DNA of 64,000 bases from Eledone cirrhosa (GCA_964016885.1 OZ024740.1:49786001-49850000); one strand, 5' to 3'; counted from the first letter of the stretch, positions 27,489 to 41,938 are shown. Numbers and translations are program-made. Notes: generated by a model from the letters alone, not told the origin.

Positions 27489-30400
27489 ATTTATTTTACC
27501 CTAGAATCATTTTATTTTACCAATAGAATCATTTTATTTTACCAATAGAATCACTTTATTTTACCAATAGAATCACTTTATTTTACCCTAGAATCATTTT
27601 ATTTTACCAATAGAATCACTTTATTTTACCAATAGAATCACTTTATTTTACCCTAGAATCATTTTATTTTACCAATAGAATCATTTTATTTTACCAATAG
27701 AATCATTTTATTTTACCAATAGAATCATTTTATTTTACCAATAGAATCATTTTATTTTACCAATAGAATCATTTTATTTTACCAATAGAATCATTTTATT
27801 TTACCAATAGAATCATTTTATTTTACCAATAGAATCACTTTATTTTACCAATAGAATCATTTTATTTTACCAATAGAATCATTTTATTTTACCAATAGAA
27901 TCACTTTATTTTACCAATAGAATCATTTTATTTTACCAATAGAATCACTTTATTTTACCAATAGAATCATTTTATTTTACCAATAGAATCATTTTATTTT
28001 ACCAATAGAATCATTTTATTTTACCAATAGAATCATTTTATTTTACCAATAGAATCATTTTATTTTACCAATAGAATCATTTTATTTTACCAATAGAATC
28101 ATTTTATTTTACCAATAGAATCATTTTATTTTACCAATAGAATCACTTTATTTTACCAATAGAATCATTTTATTTTACCAATAGAATCATTTTATTTTAC
28201 CAATAGAATCACTTTATTTTACCAATAGAATCATTTTATTTTACCAATAGAATCACTTTATTTTACCAATAGAATCATTTTATTTTACCAATAGAATCAT
28301 TTTATTTTACCAATAGAATCATTTTATTTTACCAATAGAATCATTTTATTTTACCAATAGAATCATTTTATTTTACCAATAGAATCATTTTATTTTACCA
28401 ATAGAATCATTTTATTTTACCAATAGAATCATTTTATTTTACCAATAGAATCGTTTTATTTTACCAATAGAATCACTTTATTTTACCCTAGAATCATTTT
28501 ATTTTACCAATAGAATCATTTTATTTTACCAATAGAATCATTTTATTTTACCAATAGAATCATTTTATTTTACCAATAGAATCATTTTATTTTACCAATA
28601 GAATCATTTTATTTTACCAATAGAATCATTTTATTTTACCAATAGAATCATTTTATTTTACCAATAGAATCATTTTATTTTACCAATAGAATCACTTTAT
28701 TTTACCAATAGAATCATTTTATTTTACCAATAGAATCATTTTATTTTACCAATAGAATCACTTTATTTTACCAATAGAATCATTTTATTTTACCAATAGA
28801 ATCACTTTATTTTACCAATAGAATCATTTTATTTTACCAATAGAATCATTTTATTTTACCAATAGAATCATTTTATTTTACCAATAGAATCATTTTATTT
28901 TACCAATAGAATCATTTTATTTTACCAATAGAATCATTTTATTTTACCAATAGAATCATTTTATTTTACCAATAGAATCATTTTATTTTACCAATAGAAT
29001 CATTTTATTTTACCAATAGAATCACTTTATTTTACCAATAGAATCATTTTATTTTACCAATAGAATCATTTTATTTTACCAATAGAATCACTTTATTTTA
29101 CCAATAGAATCATTTTATTTTACCAATAGAATCACTTTATTTTACCAATAGAATCATTTTATTTTACCAATAGAATCATTTTATTTTACCAATAGAATCA
29201 TTTTATTTTACCAATAGAATCATTTTATTTTACCAATAGAATCATTTTATTTTACCAATAGAATCATTTTATTTTACCAATAGAATCATTTTATTTTACC
29301 AATAGAATCATTTTATTTTACCAATAGAATCACTTTATTTTACCAATAGAATCATTTTATTTTACCAATAGAATCATTTTATTTTACCAATAGAATCACT
29401 TTATTTTACCAATAGAATCATTTTATTTTACCAATAGAATCACTTTATTTTACCAATAGAATCATTTTATTTTACCAATAGAATCATTTTATTTTACCAA
29501 TAGAATCATTTTATTTTACCAATAGAATCATTTTATTTTACCAATAGAATCATTTTATTTTACCAATAGAATCACTTTATTTTACCAATAGAATCATTTT
29601 ATTTTACCAATAGAATCACTTTATTTTACCAATAGAATCATTTTATTTTACCAATAGAATCATTTTATTTTACCAATAGAATCATTTTATTTTACCAATA
29701 GAATCATTTTATTTTACCAATAGAATCATTTTATTTTACCAATAGAATCATTTTATTTTACCAATAGAATCACTTTATTTTACCCTAGAATCATTTTATT
29801 TTACCAATAGAATCATTTTATTTTACCAATAGAATCATTTTATTTTACCAATAGAATCATTTTATTTTACCAATAGAATCATTTTATTTTACCAATAGAA
29901 TCATTTTATTTTACCAATAGAATCATTTTATTTTACCAATAGAATCATTTTATTTTACCAATAGAATCATTTTATTTTACCAATAGAATCACTTTATTTT
30001 ACCCTAGAATCATTTTATTTTACCAATAGAATCATTTTATTTTACCAATAGAATCATTTTATTTTACCAATAGAATCATTTTATTTTACCAATAGAATCA
30101 TTTTATTTTACCAATAGAATCACTTTATTTTACCAATAGAATCATTTTATTTTACCAATAGAATCATTTTATTTTACCAATAGAATCACTTTATTTTACC
30201 AATAGAATCATTTTATTTTACCAATAGAATCACTTTATTTTACCAATAGAATCATTTTATTTTACCAATAGAATCATTTTATTTTACCAATAGAATCATT
30301 TTATTTTACCAATAGAATCATTTTATTTTACCAATAGAATCATTTTATTTTACCAATAGAATCATTTTATTTTACCAATAGAATCATTTTATTTTACCAA

Positions 30401-33400
30401 TAGAATCATTTTATTTTACCAATAGAATCATTTTATTTTACCAATAGAATCACTTTATTTTACCCTAGAATCATTTTATTTTACCAATAGAATCATTTTA
30501 TTTTACCAATAGAATCATTTTATTTTACCAATAGAATCATTTTATTTTACCAATAGAATCATTTTATTTTACCAATAGAATCATTTTATTTTACCAATAG
30601 AATCATTTTATTTTACCAATAGAATCATTTTATTTTACCAATAGAATCACTTTATTTTACCCTAGAATCATTTTATTTTACCAATAGAATCACTTTATTT
30701 TACCCTAGAATCATTTTATTTTACCAATAGAATCATTTTATTTTACCAATAGAATCATTTTATTTTACCAATAGAATCATTTTATTTTACCAATAGAATC
30801 ACTTTATTTTACCCTAGAATCATTTTATTTTACCAATAGAATCATTTTATTTTACCAATAGAATCATTTTATTTTACCAATAGAATCACTTTATTTTACC
30901 CTAGAATCATTTTATTTTACCAATAGAATCATTTTATTTTACCAATAGAATCATTTTATTTTACCAATAGAATCATTTTATTTTACCAATAGAATCATTT
31001 TATTTTACCAATAGAATCATTTTATTTTACCAATAGAATCATTTTATTTTACCAATAGAATCATTTTATTTTACCAATAGAATCACTTTATTTTACCCTA
31101 GAATCATTTTATTTTACCAATAGAATCACTTTATTTTACCCTAGAATCATTTTATTTTACCAATAGAATCATTTTATTTTACCAATAGAATCATTTTATT
31201 TTACCAATAGAATCATTTTATTTTACCAATAGAATCACTTTATTTTACCCTAGAATCATTTTATTTTAACAATAGAATCACTTTATTTTACCAATAGAAT
31301 CATTTTATTTTACCAATAGAATCATTTTATTTTAACAATAGAATCACTTTATTTTACCCTAGAATCATTTTATTTTACCAATAGAATCACTTTATTTTAC
31401 CAATAGAATCATTTTATTTTACCCTAGAATCATTTTATTTTACCAATAGAATCACTTTATTTTACCAATAGAATCATTTTATTTTACCCTAGAATCACTT
31501 TATTTTACCAATAGAATCATTTTATTTTACCAATAGAATCATTTTATTTTACCCTAGAATCACTTTATTTTACCCTAGAATCATTTTATTTTACCAATAG
31601 AATCACTTTATTTTACCCTAGAATCATTTTATTTTACCAATAGAATCATTTTATTTTACCCTAGAATCACTTTATTTTACCAATAGAATCACTTTATTTT
31701 ACCAATAGAATCATTTTATTTTACCCTAGAATCACTTTATTTTACCAATAGAATCATTTTATTTTACCCTAGAATCACTTTATTTTACCCTAGAATCATT
31801 TTATTTTACCAATAGAATCATTTTATTTTACCCTAGAATCACTTTATTTTACCCTAGAATCATTTTATTTTACCAATAGAATCATTTTATTTTACCCTAG
31901 AATCACTTTATTTTACCAATAGAATCATTTTATTTTACCAATAGAATCATTTTATTTTACCAATAGAATCATTTTATTTTACCCTAGAATCACTTTATTT
32001 TACCAATAGAATCATTTTATTTTACCCTAGAATCACTTTATTTTACCCTAGAATCATTTTATTTTACCAATAGAATCATTTTATTTTACCCTAGAATCAC
32101 TTTATTTTACCCTAGAATCATTTTATTTTACCAATAGAATCATTTTATTTTACCCTAGAATCACTTTATTTTACCAATAGAATCATTTTATTTTACCCTA
32201 GAATCACTTTATTTTACCAATAGAATCATTTTATTTTACCCTAGAATCACTTTATTTTACCCTAGAATCATTTTATTTTACCAATAGAATCACTTTATTT
32301 TACCAATAGAATCATTTTATTTAAACCTAGAATCATTTTATTTTACCAATAGAATCATTTTATTTTACCAATAGAATCACTTTATTTTACCCTAGAATCA
32401 TTTTATTTTACCAATAGAATCATTTTATTTTACCCTAGAATCACTTTATTTTACCAATAGAATCATTTTATTTTACCAATAGAATCACTTTATTTTACCC
32501 TAGAATCATTTTATTTTACCAATAGAATCACTTTATTTTACCAATAGAATCATTTTATTTTACCCTAGAATCACTTTATTTTACCAATAGAATCATTTTA
32601 TTTTACCCTAGAATCACTTTATTTTACCAATAGAATCATTTTATTTTACCCTAGAATCACTTTATTTTACCAATAGAATCATTTTATTTTACCCTAGAAT
32701 CACTTTATTTTACCCTAGAATCATTTTATTTTACCAATAGAATCACTTTATTTTACCCTAGAATCATTTTATTTTACCAATAGAATCACTTTATTTTACC
32801 AATAGAATCATTTTATTTTACCCTAGAATCACTTTATTTTACCAATAGAATCACTTTATTTTACCCTAGAATCATTTTATTTTACCAATAGAATCATTTT
32901 ATTTTACCCTAGAATCACTTTATTTTACCAATAGAATCATTTTATTTTACCCTAGAATCACTTTATTTTACCAATAGAATCACTTTATTTTACCCTAGAA
33001 TCATTTTATTTTACCAATAGAATCACTTTATTTTACCAATAGAATCATTTTATTTTACCCTAGAATCATTTTATTTTACCAATAGAATCACTTTATTTTA
33101 CCCTAGAATCATTTTATTTTACCAATAGAATCACTTTATTTTACCAATAGAATCATTTTATTTTACCCTAGAATCACTTTATTTTACCAATAGAATCACT
33201 TTATTTTACCCTAGAATCATTTTATTTTACCCTAGAATCACTTTATTTTACCAATAGAATCATTTTATTTTACCCTAGAATCACTTTATTTTACCAATAG
33301 AATCACTTTATTTTACCCTAGAATCACTTTATTTTACCAATAGAATCATTTTATTTTACCCTAGAATCACTTTATTTTACCAATAGAATCACTTTATTTT

Positions 33401-35193
33401 ACCCTAGAATCACTTTATTTTACCAATAGAATCACTTTATTTTACCCTAGAATCACTTTATTTTACCAATAGAATCACTTTATTTTACCCTAGAATCACT
33501 TTATTTTACCAATAGAATCATTTTATTTTACCCTAGAATCACTTTATTTTACCAATAGAATCACTTTATTTTACCCTAGAATCATTTTATTTTAACAATA
33601 GAATCACTTTATTTTACCAATAGAATCATTTTATTTTACCAATAGAATCACTTAATTTTACCCTAGAATCATTTTATTTTACCAATAGAATCATTTTATT
33701 TTACCAATAGAATCACTTTATTTTACCCTAGAATCACTTTATTTTACCAATAGAATCATTTTATTTTACCCTAGAATCACTTTATTTTACCAATAGAATC
33801 ACTTTATTTTACCCTAGAATCATTTTATTTTAACAATAGAATCACTTTATTTTACCAATAGAATCACTTTATTTTACCAATAGAATCACTTTATTTTACC
33901 AATAGAATCACTTTATTTTACCAATAGAATCATTTTATTTTACCCTAGAATCACTTTATTTTACCAATAGAATCACTTTATTTTACCCTAGAATCATTTT
34001 ATTTTAACAATAGAATCACTTTATTTTACCAATAGAATCATTTTATTTTACCAATAGAATCACTTTATTTTACCAATAGAATCACTTTATTTTACCCTAG
34101 AATCATTTTATTTTAACAATAGAATCACTTTATTTTACCAATAGAATCACTTTATTTTACCAATAGAATCACTTTATTTTACCCTAGAATCATTTTATTT
34201 TAACAATAGAATCACTTTATTTTACCAATAGAATCATTTTATTTTACCAATAGAATCATTTTATTTTACCAATAGAATCACTTTATTTTACCCTAGAATC
34301 ATTTTATTTTAACAATAGAATCACTTTATTTTACCAATAGAATCACTTTATTTTACCAATAGAATCACTTTATTTTACCAATAGAATCACTTTATTTTAC
34401 CAATAGAATCATTTTATTTTACCCTAGAATCACTTTATTTTACCAATAGAATCACTTTATTTTACCCTAGAATCATTTTATTTTAACAATAGAATCACTT
34501 TATTTTACCAATAGAATCATTTTATTTTACCAATAGAATCACTTTATTTTACCAATAGAATCACTTTATTTTACCCTAGAATCATTTTATTTTAACAATA
34601 GAATCACTTTATTTTACCAATAGAATCACTTTATTTTACCAATAGAATCACTTTATTTTACCCTAGAATCATTTTATTTTAACAATAGAATCACTTTATT
34701 TTACCAATAGAATCATTTTATTTTACCAATAGAATCATTTTATTTTACCAATAGAATCACTTTATTTTACCCTAGAATCATTTTATTTTAACAATAGAAT
34801 CACTTTATTTTACCAATAGAATCACTTTATTTTACCAATAGAATCACTTTATTTTACCAATAGAATCACTTTATTTTACCAATAGAATCATTTTATTTTA
34901 CCCTAGAATCACTTTATTTTACCAATAGAATCACTTTATTTTACCCTAGAATCATTTTATTTTACCAATAGAATCATTTTATTTTACCAATAGAATCACT
35001 TTATTTTACCCTAGAATCACTTTATTTTACCAATAGAATCATTTTATTTTACCCTAGAATCACTTTATTTTACCAATAGAATCACTTTATTTTACCCTAG
35101 AATCATTTTATTTTAACAATAGAATCACTTTATTTTACCAATAGAATCACTTTATTTTACCAATAGAATCACTTTATTTTACCAATAGAATCA
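27489..35193. repeat. 21/22-bp minisatellite, ~350 copies, consensus CCAATAGAATCA(T/C)TTTATTTTA
   Basis: Direct periodicity; variants CCCTAG (21 bp), CACTTT and AACAATAG; copy number estimated from length. Confidence 0.99.
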
Positions 35194-35890
35194 AGAGTGT
35201 TTGTCTTGTTAACTGTGCCGTCTAAATATACAATTATTCAGAAACGTCAATTCTTTGCCATGCACATAAATGCCAGGCTCAGTGAAATCCTTAGCCGGAG
35301 CAACTGTCTTGGCCAGACCCAATGTGCTGTATGCCTCCGAAAAAGAATCCACCAGGTGCTGCATATCGCCCTCAGAGTGAGCAACAAGTCACAATCATCA
35401 GCATACAAAACTTCACATATTAAAGACGTGAACATTTTTGTTTTGGTAGCAAACCGTCTGATGTTAAACAACTTGCCTGTCGAACGATACTTTATATAAA
35501 TTCCATGTATGCAGTCTTCAAATGCCATAAGGAAAACCATAAAGAAATATAATGCAAGCAGTGTAGGTACTGGTATATCCTCTTGTTTTACCTCATTTTC
35601 AACAAAAGGGGGTCTGACACCTGTCCACCTATATTGGCACAAGCTTACATACCAACATTAAAACCTCTCTGATACGAACTTGTCAAGGCAACCGAGTTTT
35701 GTCAATAAAGACGTGATACAATGTGGTTCTGGAATGTAGAGAGCTTCTGAAATGACCTTGTTGGCCAATTAACAGTCAAGACCATATAACACAACTGATA
35801 GGATTTCAGTACCTTAGCACAAATACCATCCATCCCAGGCGATTTTCGATTATTGAGTTGATATACAACCACTTCCACTTCCTCCTGCTG
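35194..35890 (-). pseudogene. Decayed RTE-clade LINE reverse transcriptase fragment
   Basis: EEVEVVVYQLNNRKSPGMDGICAKVLK; VKQEDIPVPTL; GIYIKYRSTGKLFNIRRF..KTK..EVLYADDCDL; VYLDGTV..TLDS. Confidence 0.88.
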
Positions 35891-35959
35891 GTTGGTTTTG
35901 CCCGTAAAATCTGTCCAGTGATCTTTCCTTGTAGCTGTGATCTCTCAATTGAGAGAAGT

Positions 35960-36302
35960 AGCGTCCGGGGTTCTATTCTCTTTAAAAAGGTGCATCCTCG
36001 TGAGGTGGAGAGAATACTTTGCTGATCTCCTAAACCTGGTCAGAACAGCATCTGCAGATGTACATGAGGTGTATCTGAGAGCAATGACTAACCTCAGACT
36101 GAGGCCACAAAAGCAATTAAAGAGCTCAAACGTGGCAAGGACGCTGAGGGGGGTAAAATTTGGTCCGATGTGTTAAAAGTCTTAAATAGAGACGGTATTC
36201 TCTGGCTGACTCGTGTCCGCCAGTCGACTTGGATCTCTGAAAAGGCACCCAAGCAATGGTAACCAGGAGTGATAATTCAAATTTTCAAAAAGGGAGACAA
36301 GT
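35960..36302 (+). pseudogene. Second decayed RTE-like LINE fragment (RT N-terminal region)
   Basis: ILVRWREYFADLLN; KAIKELKRGK..VLKVLNRDGILWLTRV..KAPKQW*PGVIIQIFKKGDK. Confidence 0.8.
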
Positions 36303-36632
36303 GTGATCAAAATAAATAAGCAATAAAATCAAACATAGTTCGTATTACTAGCACACCAAAAATATAGGCTAAGGGCAATGATGATTTTAACAGTGTGAAT
36401 TAGTACATTAATTAACACGAAAATCTTACAACAATACGACAAGAAATGAAAAGATGTCTGGTAAGGTTTATGCAATTAAGCTACTGAAAACATTCCATTA
36501 ACACATCTAGATTTTTATAACTAATTATCTTTACCGGTAACGAAATTATGTTCATGTATGTAAAATACAAATAACGTGAGAAAGATTTCAAGCATAAAAA
36601 TAATTAGATTACATCTGAATTACGGTGACTTA

Positions 36633-37523
36633 TCTATATATTAATTTCAACAATGTCATTATTCCGTGTGTCATAATTCTCGATTATCATTGGTTCATAG
36701 GTTTCAAACAACTCCGCCCACCTCAACGACGCCAAACTTAAATTAATATGCATAATGCCAATGAGGGAGTGGGAGAGGAGATAGAGGCAAAGTGAACATA
36801 TGTCAGTGTAGAGACATGTGTGTGTGTGATGTGTGTGGAAATAAGAGGGGAAAGAAAGCAATAACTATTAACATGTGTGCGTGTGTATGTACGTGCGCGT
36901 ATGTTTATGTGTGTGTGCGTGCAGCGTTCCACAGAAAGTAAAAGGAATTCGACTTTATCGAACAGTGAACTACAGCGGCGACGGCGTGCAGCCAGGAATG
37001 AAGAAAAACAGGCAAAACAGCGCCATCGGAACGCCGAACTTCAGAGGCGAAGACGTGCCGCTATGAATGAAGAGGAGCTGGCTGAACAACGCCAACGAAA
37101 CACTGGAGCCAAGCAGCGATGGTTGAAGACGAACTGGCTGAGCATCATCTTTTATATTAATTATCTATATCTATATCTACCTATAATATAAAAGATTGGA
37201 ACTTCCATCATCATTTTGAGAAACGTGGAACAACCATGCCTATGCAATGATACACGTTTTACAGTCAGGCGGAAGATGAACCATCTCCTAGAGGTCACTA
37301 TTCTAGGTGGGTGCACCTAGAATGTTTCATATACTATGCACAAACTGTACAACGAAGAATCTGGTATATCTGGAAGATTCTATTTTTACTGTTTTTGTAT
37401 CACACAGACACCACGGACTCGCCTCATACTGAAACCAGACAAACATCCAATACAGTCATTTTCTCTTTTACTTGTCTTTTCTTATCATCTGTTTACCCGG
37501 GCGAAGCTGGGTACGTCAGCTAG
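36633..37523 (+). mobile_element. Internally deleted Helitron
   Basis: R/E/Q-rich repeat (RRRRAARNEE..RRRRAAMNEEE); Pif1-like KIGTSIIILRNVEQPCLCNDTRFTV..LEVTILGG at 37192-37310; 3' hairpin ACCCGGGCGAAGCTGGGT then CTAG (37520-37523) followed by T; the 5' A|TC at 36633 is tentative. Confidence 0.8.
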
Positions 37524-37825
37524 TTATTCTAAAATAGTGAGTGATTTGAGATAGAGTTAATTGAGACATTTTAAACATTGGATTAATTGTATTGTTGAGT
37601 GGATAAGATGTTCTGTTTTGGCTGACATATTTTGTGGTTTGCAACATTAGGGATAAGAAAAGGCAATGTAACTGTATCAGACATGTAAATAAAACTAAAA
37701 TTTCTCGAAACTCGGTATATAACTGAACAAAATACTAAGGACTATAACATATTACAGTAAGTGTTGAATAGAAAATGTATGTATAAATGTACATATACAT
37801 ATACAAATATATATATATATATTTA

Positions 37826-38869
37826 TAGGAATAACCAAAGAGTGCTTAGAAATACATTGTTTTATTAGCTAACAGTGTTTCATCCATACACCATGGCAGG
37901 AATCCTCAGAGCCTATAAACATGAGTATATCAGTAGTTGCATGCTCTATGGAGCTGCGTCACCAGAACAAGGTTAAAGGACCAGCAGGGGGGGGGTCCCG
38001 AGGCCAGCGCTATATGGAAAAAGACAGAATACATGATGCACATAATGTCATAAAATGTCTTAAAAGTTTAAAAATTAAAAATTACACTAAAAATGTATCA
38101 CTTATATAGTGCAATAGATGATAAAGAGGTTGGGAGAGGGTAGCAAGGCATTAGTGAGGGTATTACTCAGCATGATCAGAAATAATAAGAAAATAATAAA
38201 AAAAATAATAATAAAAAAGTACAAAAATACAGGGATATGAAAAAAGATAAATATAAAAATACAAAACAATAAAGGAACAAAAATCCCAGACCTCCCCCCC
38301 CCCCAAAAAAAAAACAATATAAGACAAAGCAAAGCATAGATGCATCAAAGCACAAGCAGTGCAAAAAGAGCGTTATAATTGGAGTACACCATCCCTCATA
38401 TGGACTATCATACATGTAAGGCTGCACCACTGCTAACCAACTATTCTTTTCACAGACTCATGCTTGCAAACTCTCTTGATCTGCCTGTACACCCTGTTTT
38501 TGCACTGCTTGTGCTTTTTTTTTGGGGGGGGGGGGGCTTTTTGTTCCTTTATTGTTTTGTATTTTTATATTTATCTCTTTTCTTATCCCTGTATGTTTGT
38601 ACTTTTTTATTATTATTTTTTTATTATTTTCTTATTGTTTCTGATCATGCTGAGTAATACCCTCACTCATCCCTTGCTACCCTCTCCCAACCTCTTTATC
38701 ATCTATTGCACCATTTAAGTGATACATTTTTAGTGTAATTTTTAATTTTTAAACTTTTAAGACATTTTATGACATTATGTGCATCATGTATTCTGTCTTT
38801 TTCCATATAGCGCTGGCCTCGGGACCCCCCCTGCTGGTCACTTAACCTTGTTCTGGTGACGCAGCTCCA
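37826..38869 (-). mobile_element. Penelope-type 3' UTR/pLTR with a ~400-bp fold-back
   Basis: Inverted arms 37949-38368 / 38497-38869, ~130-nt spacer; hammerhead and AATAAA on the minus strand next to (TA)n. Confidence 0.75.
37867..37913 (-). ncRNA. Minimal type I hammerhead
   Basis: Minus: ggct-CTGAGGA-t-tcc..gga-t-GAAA-C-act-GUU-agct-AATAAA. Confidence 0.6.
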
Positions 38870-38971
38870 GTGTGTTAAGTTTATATGAGCTGGAAAGCAG
38901 GTGTGATTTCATGTGTGGGCAACTGGTGAAAATTTCCGTCTTTGTGTTCAGGCAGGTCTTTGGTGATTTAA

Positions 38972-39466
38972 CCTAGAGAAAATCAAACTTGCTCCTGTAG
39001 AATCAAAAGTGAATGCCCATTACAAGGTAAATGCAACACCAAAGCCATTGTATATGCGGCTAAAGTGACAACCATCAGCAACAACCATCCAGCCACCAGT
39101 GAACGATATGTGGGTATGACGCAAGACAGATTCAAAACGCGTTATTACTCACATGTTGCATCCTTTCGACATCCAGAAAAAAGATTTACAACAGCTCTGG
39201 CTAGCAGAATTTGGGATTTGAAAGACCAAGGCATCCAATATAAACTAGATTGGTCAATTTTGAACCAATCTAAAAAATATGCTAGAGGAACAAGAAAATG
39301 CACGCTCTGCATAAATGAAAAATTTTGGATATTGCAAAATCTTAAATCACCAAAGACCTGCCTGAACACAAAGACGGAAATTTTCACCAGTTGCCCACAC
39401 ATGAAATCACACCTGCTTTCCAGCTCATATAAACTTAACACACTTTCAGATACTTATCCTCCATAA
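38972..39466 (+). pseudogene. GIY-YIG endonuclease domain of a Penelope-like element (no RT, no start codon)
   Basis: Open frame PRENQTCSCRIKSECPLQGKCNTKAIVYAAKV..RYVGMT..FKTRY..H..CTLCINEK..LNTKTEIFTSCPH; homologous to 56285-57220. Confidence 0.92.
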
Positions 39467-40636
39467 ACTCTTATTATTCTCTTTTTAATTACCCTTTCTG
39501 ACTTACTTTCATTTTTATCCTTGTCAATAATTTCATTTATTTTCAATTTTATTTATTTTTACTTCACATTCCCCCCCCCCCTTTATTCTCCGATCCACTT
39601 CCTATTTTCTATTTTTTACTTCCCCTTCTTTTACTTCCCTTTTTCTTCCACTAACTGATTACACTTGTCTTTTGTGTTTTTCAATCCAGATATTTTCATT
39701 TTTATTTTATTTTTGCGCAGCCTATCTTACAATTTTATATTTGTACTTATTTATCCACATTTCAATATGGCTGAACGCCTTAATGTGTGTATACTTTTTA
39801 TATATGTACATGAGTGACTACGTATGTGCGCGCGCGTGCGTGTGTGTATGTGTGTGTATGTATGTGTGTGAGTGTATGTGTATATGTGTGTGTGTGTACA
39901 GGTGTTTGTGTGTGTGTGTATGTATATATTATGCGTATGTGTACGTGTCTTTATATCCGTGTTTTTGACATCTCGGTTTTATGTTTTGTTCCGTTTTTCT
40001 TCTCCCTCCCACCCTTCCTTTTTTTACTTACTCAGTTTCATACGTGGGCATGTTAACAGGTTTATATGCATGAGTATAGGTATGTGTGTGTGTGTATGTA
40101 CGTATCGAACGTATGGAAGTGTAAGTGCGCGTGTTTATATAAGCATAATTATTTTTACATTTCTTTTGTGAGACACGCGTGTCTGGGTATGTATATACCC
40201 CCCTTTTTTTGTTTTCTTTAATTTTTTCTTTCTAATTTATCGTTATTATATTTTTATAAATATATCGAGACTGACCCTTTTCTTTTAATTATTACACTCC
40301 CTTACCTCCTTTCTTTCCGCACCTAAGCGTACGAGTGTCCAGGCGTTTTATGCGCGCGCCTTCATATTCGTATATTTACGATGTAACCATTTCTGTTTGT
40401 ATAATACAGACATATAGATACATTTGCCCTATTTTAGAATTACGCACACTTTCTCACTATACATGTACATGTACACATATACATATATGCACATCTGTGA
40501 GCGTATATACATACATATACACACACCTAACTATATTTCTTGATAGATTTTTATATATTTCAATTTCTATTTCATTTATCTATATCTTTTTTTGATTTTC
40601 TTGATGTGTTTTTCTAAGTATTTGCCCATGTTTTAT

Positions 40637-40714
40637 ATTGCCTCGTCTGACGAACGAATGAAGTCGTTTATTTCGTATTCGCCTCATTCGGGAAACCTCT
40701 GGTAATGAGGTAAT
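40637..40714 (+). ncRNA. Type I hammerhead ribozyme in the pLTR
   Basis: attgcctcgt-CTGACGA (40647-40653)-a-cgaatga..tcattcg-g-GAAA (40692-40695)-CC-tct-GG-TA-atgaggtaat; 10-bp helix I, 7-bp helix II, GUA 40702-40704. Confidence 0.85.
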
Positions 40715-40794
40715 TATATTGTATTGATTTTTATACATTAAATTTTGCTCTGATACTTACATGACCTTTTCTGTCTCCAACGGAAATTTCAATA

Positions 40795-40893
<99 letters not shown>

Positions 40894-40931
40894 GTGTGTT
40901 TGTGCGTGTGTGTATACATGTATATGTATAA

Positions 40932-41011
<80 letters not shown>

Positions 41012-41758
41012 AACTTTGTTACGGAGTTTCAGAAAAACATGCATTTTCTGTTTTATCAGAGAAGATATATACAGGTGTTGTTGCTTCGTTGTCTTGTTTC
41101 AATATGGCTTTATAGAGCATTTAACAAAGGGGAACATGTATACATAGGGATTGAATCTTAAAAACAGAATTGTATAATTAGCTGCATTCATATTCTTACA
41201 ACATTGTCACAATGTTTCAGCAAAGTATGTATCTACTAAGCTTCGACCAAATAAACATATGTATAATCAATATATGTTCAACGAATAATAAACTGAAAAA
41301 ATAACAGACACAAATGTATATATTTTTTAATGTTGTCGCATATATGTTGGTTTCAATTGAATAAAGCATATCTGTGAATAGTAGTAAAAGCAATATGTAT
41401 GGGGAAACAATTGCGATATTAAATAAAAGAGATATTAGTTTTATTTGTCAATATTTATATTGATGTGAAATTCGAGCAGTGATAATATAGAAAAAAATTA
41501 GTTGCATAGATAAAACATTGTATCAACGAAAAGACTGCTTATTTATAAAATCGGAAAAAACAAAATTTGAATTTATGTTTGGAAAAAGAGCTAATAAATT
41601 ATGTTAAAGAAGAATTATGAAAATATGGTTATAACTTTATTGAGTCAATTAAGAAAGAATATGGAGCTCGATTTTCAGGTGAATCGGATTTTAGATATAT
41701 CAGGATGTATTAAGAAAATGGGAAGTAGTTGCAGATGTTAAAGTCCTTCATTGATAAG

Positions 41759-41833
41759 GCTGTTACACACATTTCAATGACGACAGTGGCCACATGATTC
41801 TGCGTAACCAGTGCCATGATCTCATCAGACAGC
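41759..41833 (-). ncRNA. Type I hammerhead ribozyme with extended helix II
   Basis: Minus: gctgt-CTGATGA-gat.atggca.tggtta...tggcca.tgtcgt.att-GAAA-T-gtgt-GUA-acagc. Confidence 0.78.
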
Positions 41834-41938
41834 TTCATTACATAATAATGTTACGTTCTCGAGGCAATCCAAATTAAGACGACAAGAGAAGGGACAAAGA
41901 TGATGTTTTTGAAGCCTACGCTCGTTCCCTTTTTTCTA

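Larger units (their letters stand above)
38869..40797 (+). mobile_element. 5'-truncated Naiad-type Penelope-like element with 5' inversion
   Basis: GIY-YIG frame, ~1.2-kb T/GT-rich UTR, terminal hammerhead, ends in (TA)n; 38869-38970 is an inverted copy of ~39342-39443. Confidence 0.85.

Noticed and set aside
27489-35193. CRISPR-like array
   Set aside because: Units are contiguous with no unique spacers, there are no cas genes, and the context is eukaryotic
41380-41720. Possible hAT-type transposase remnant (FIESIKKEYGARFS)
   Set aside because: One short motif among many stops in AT-rich sequence; needs a tBLASTx or HMM hit
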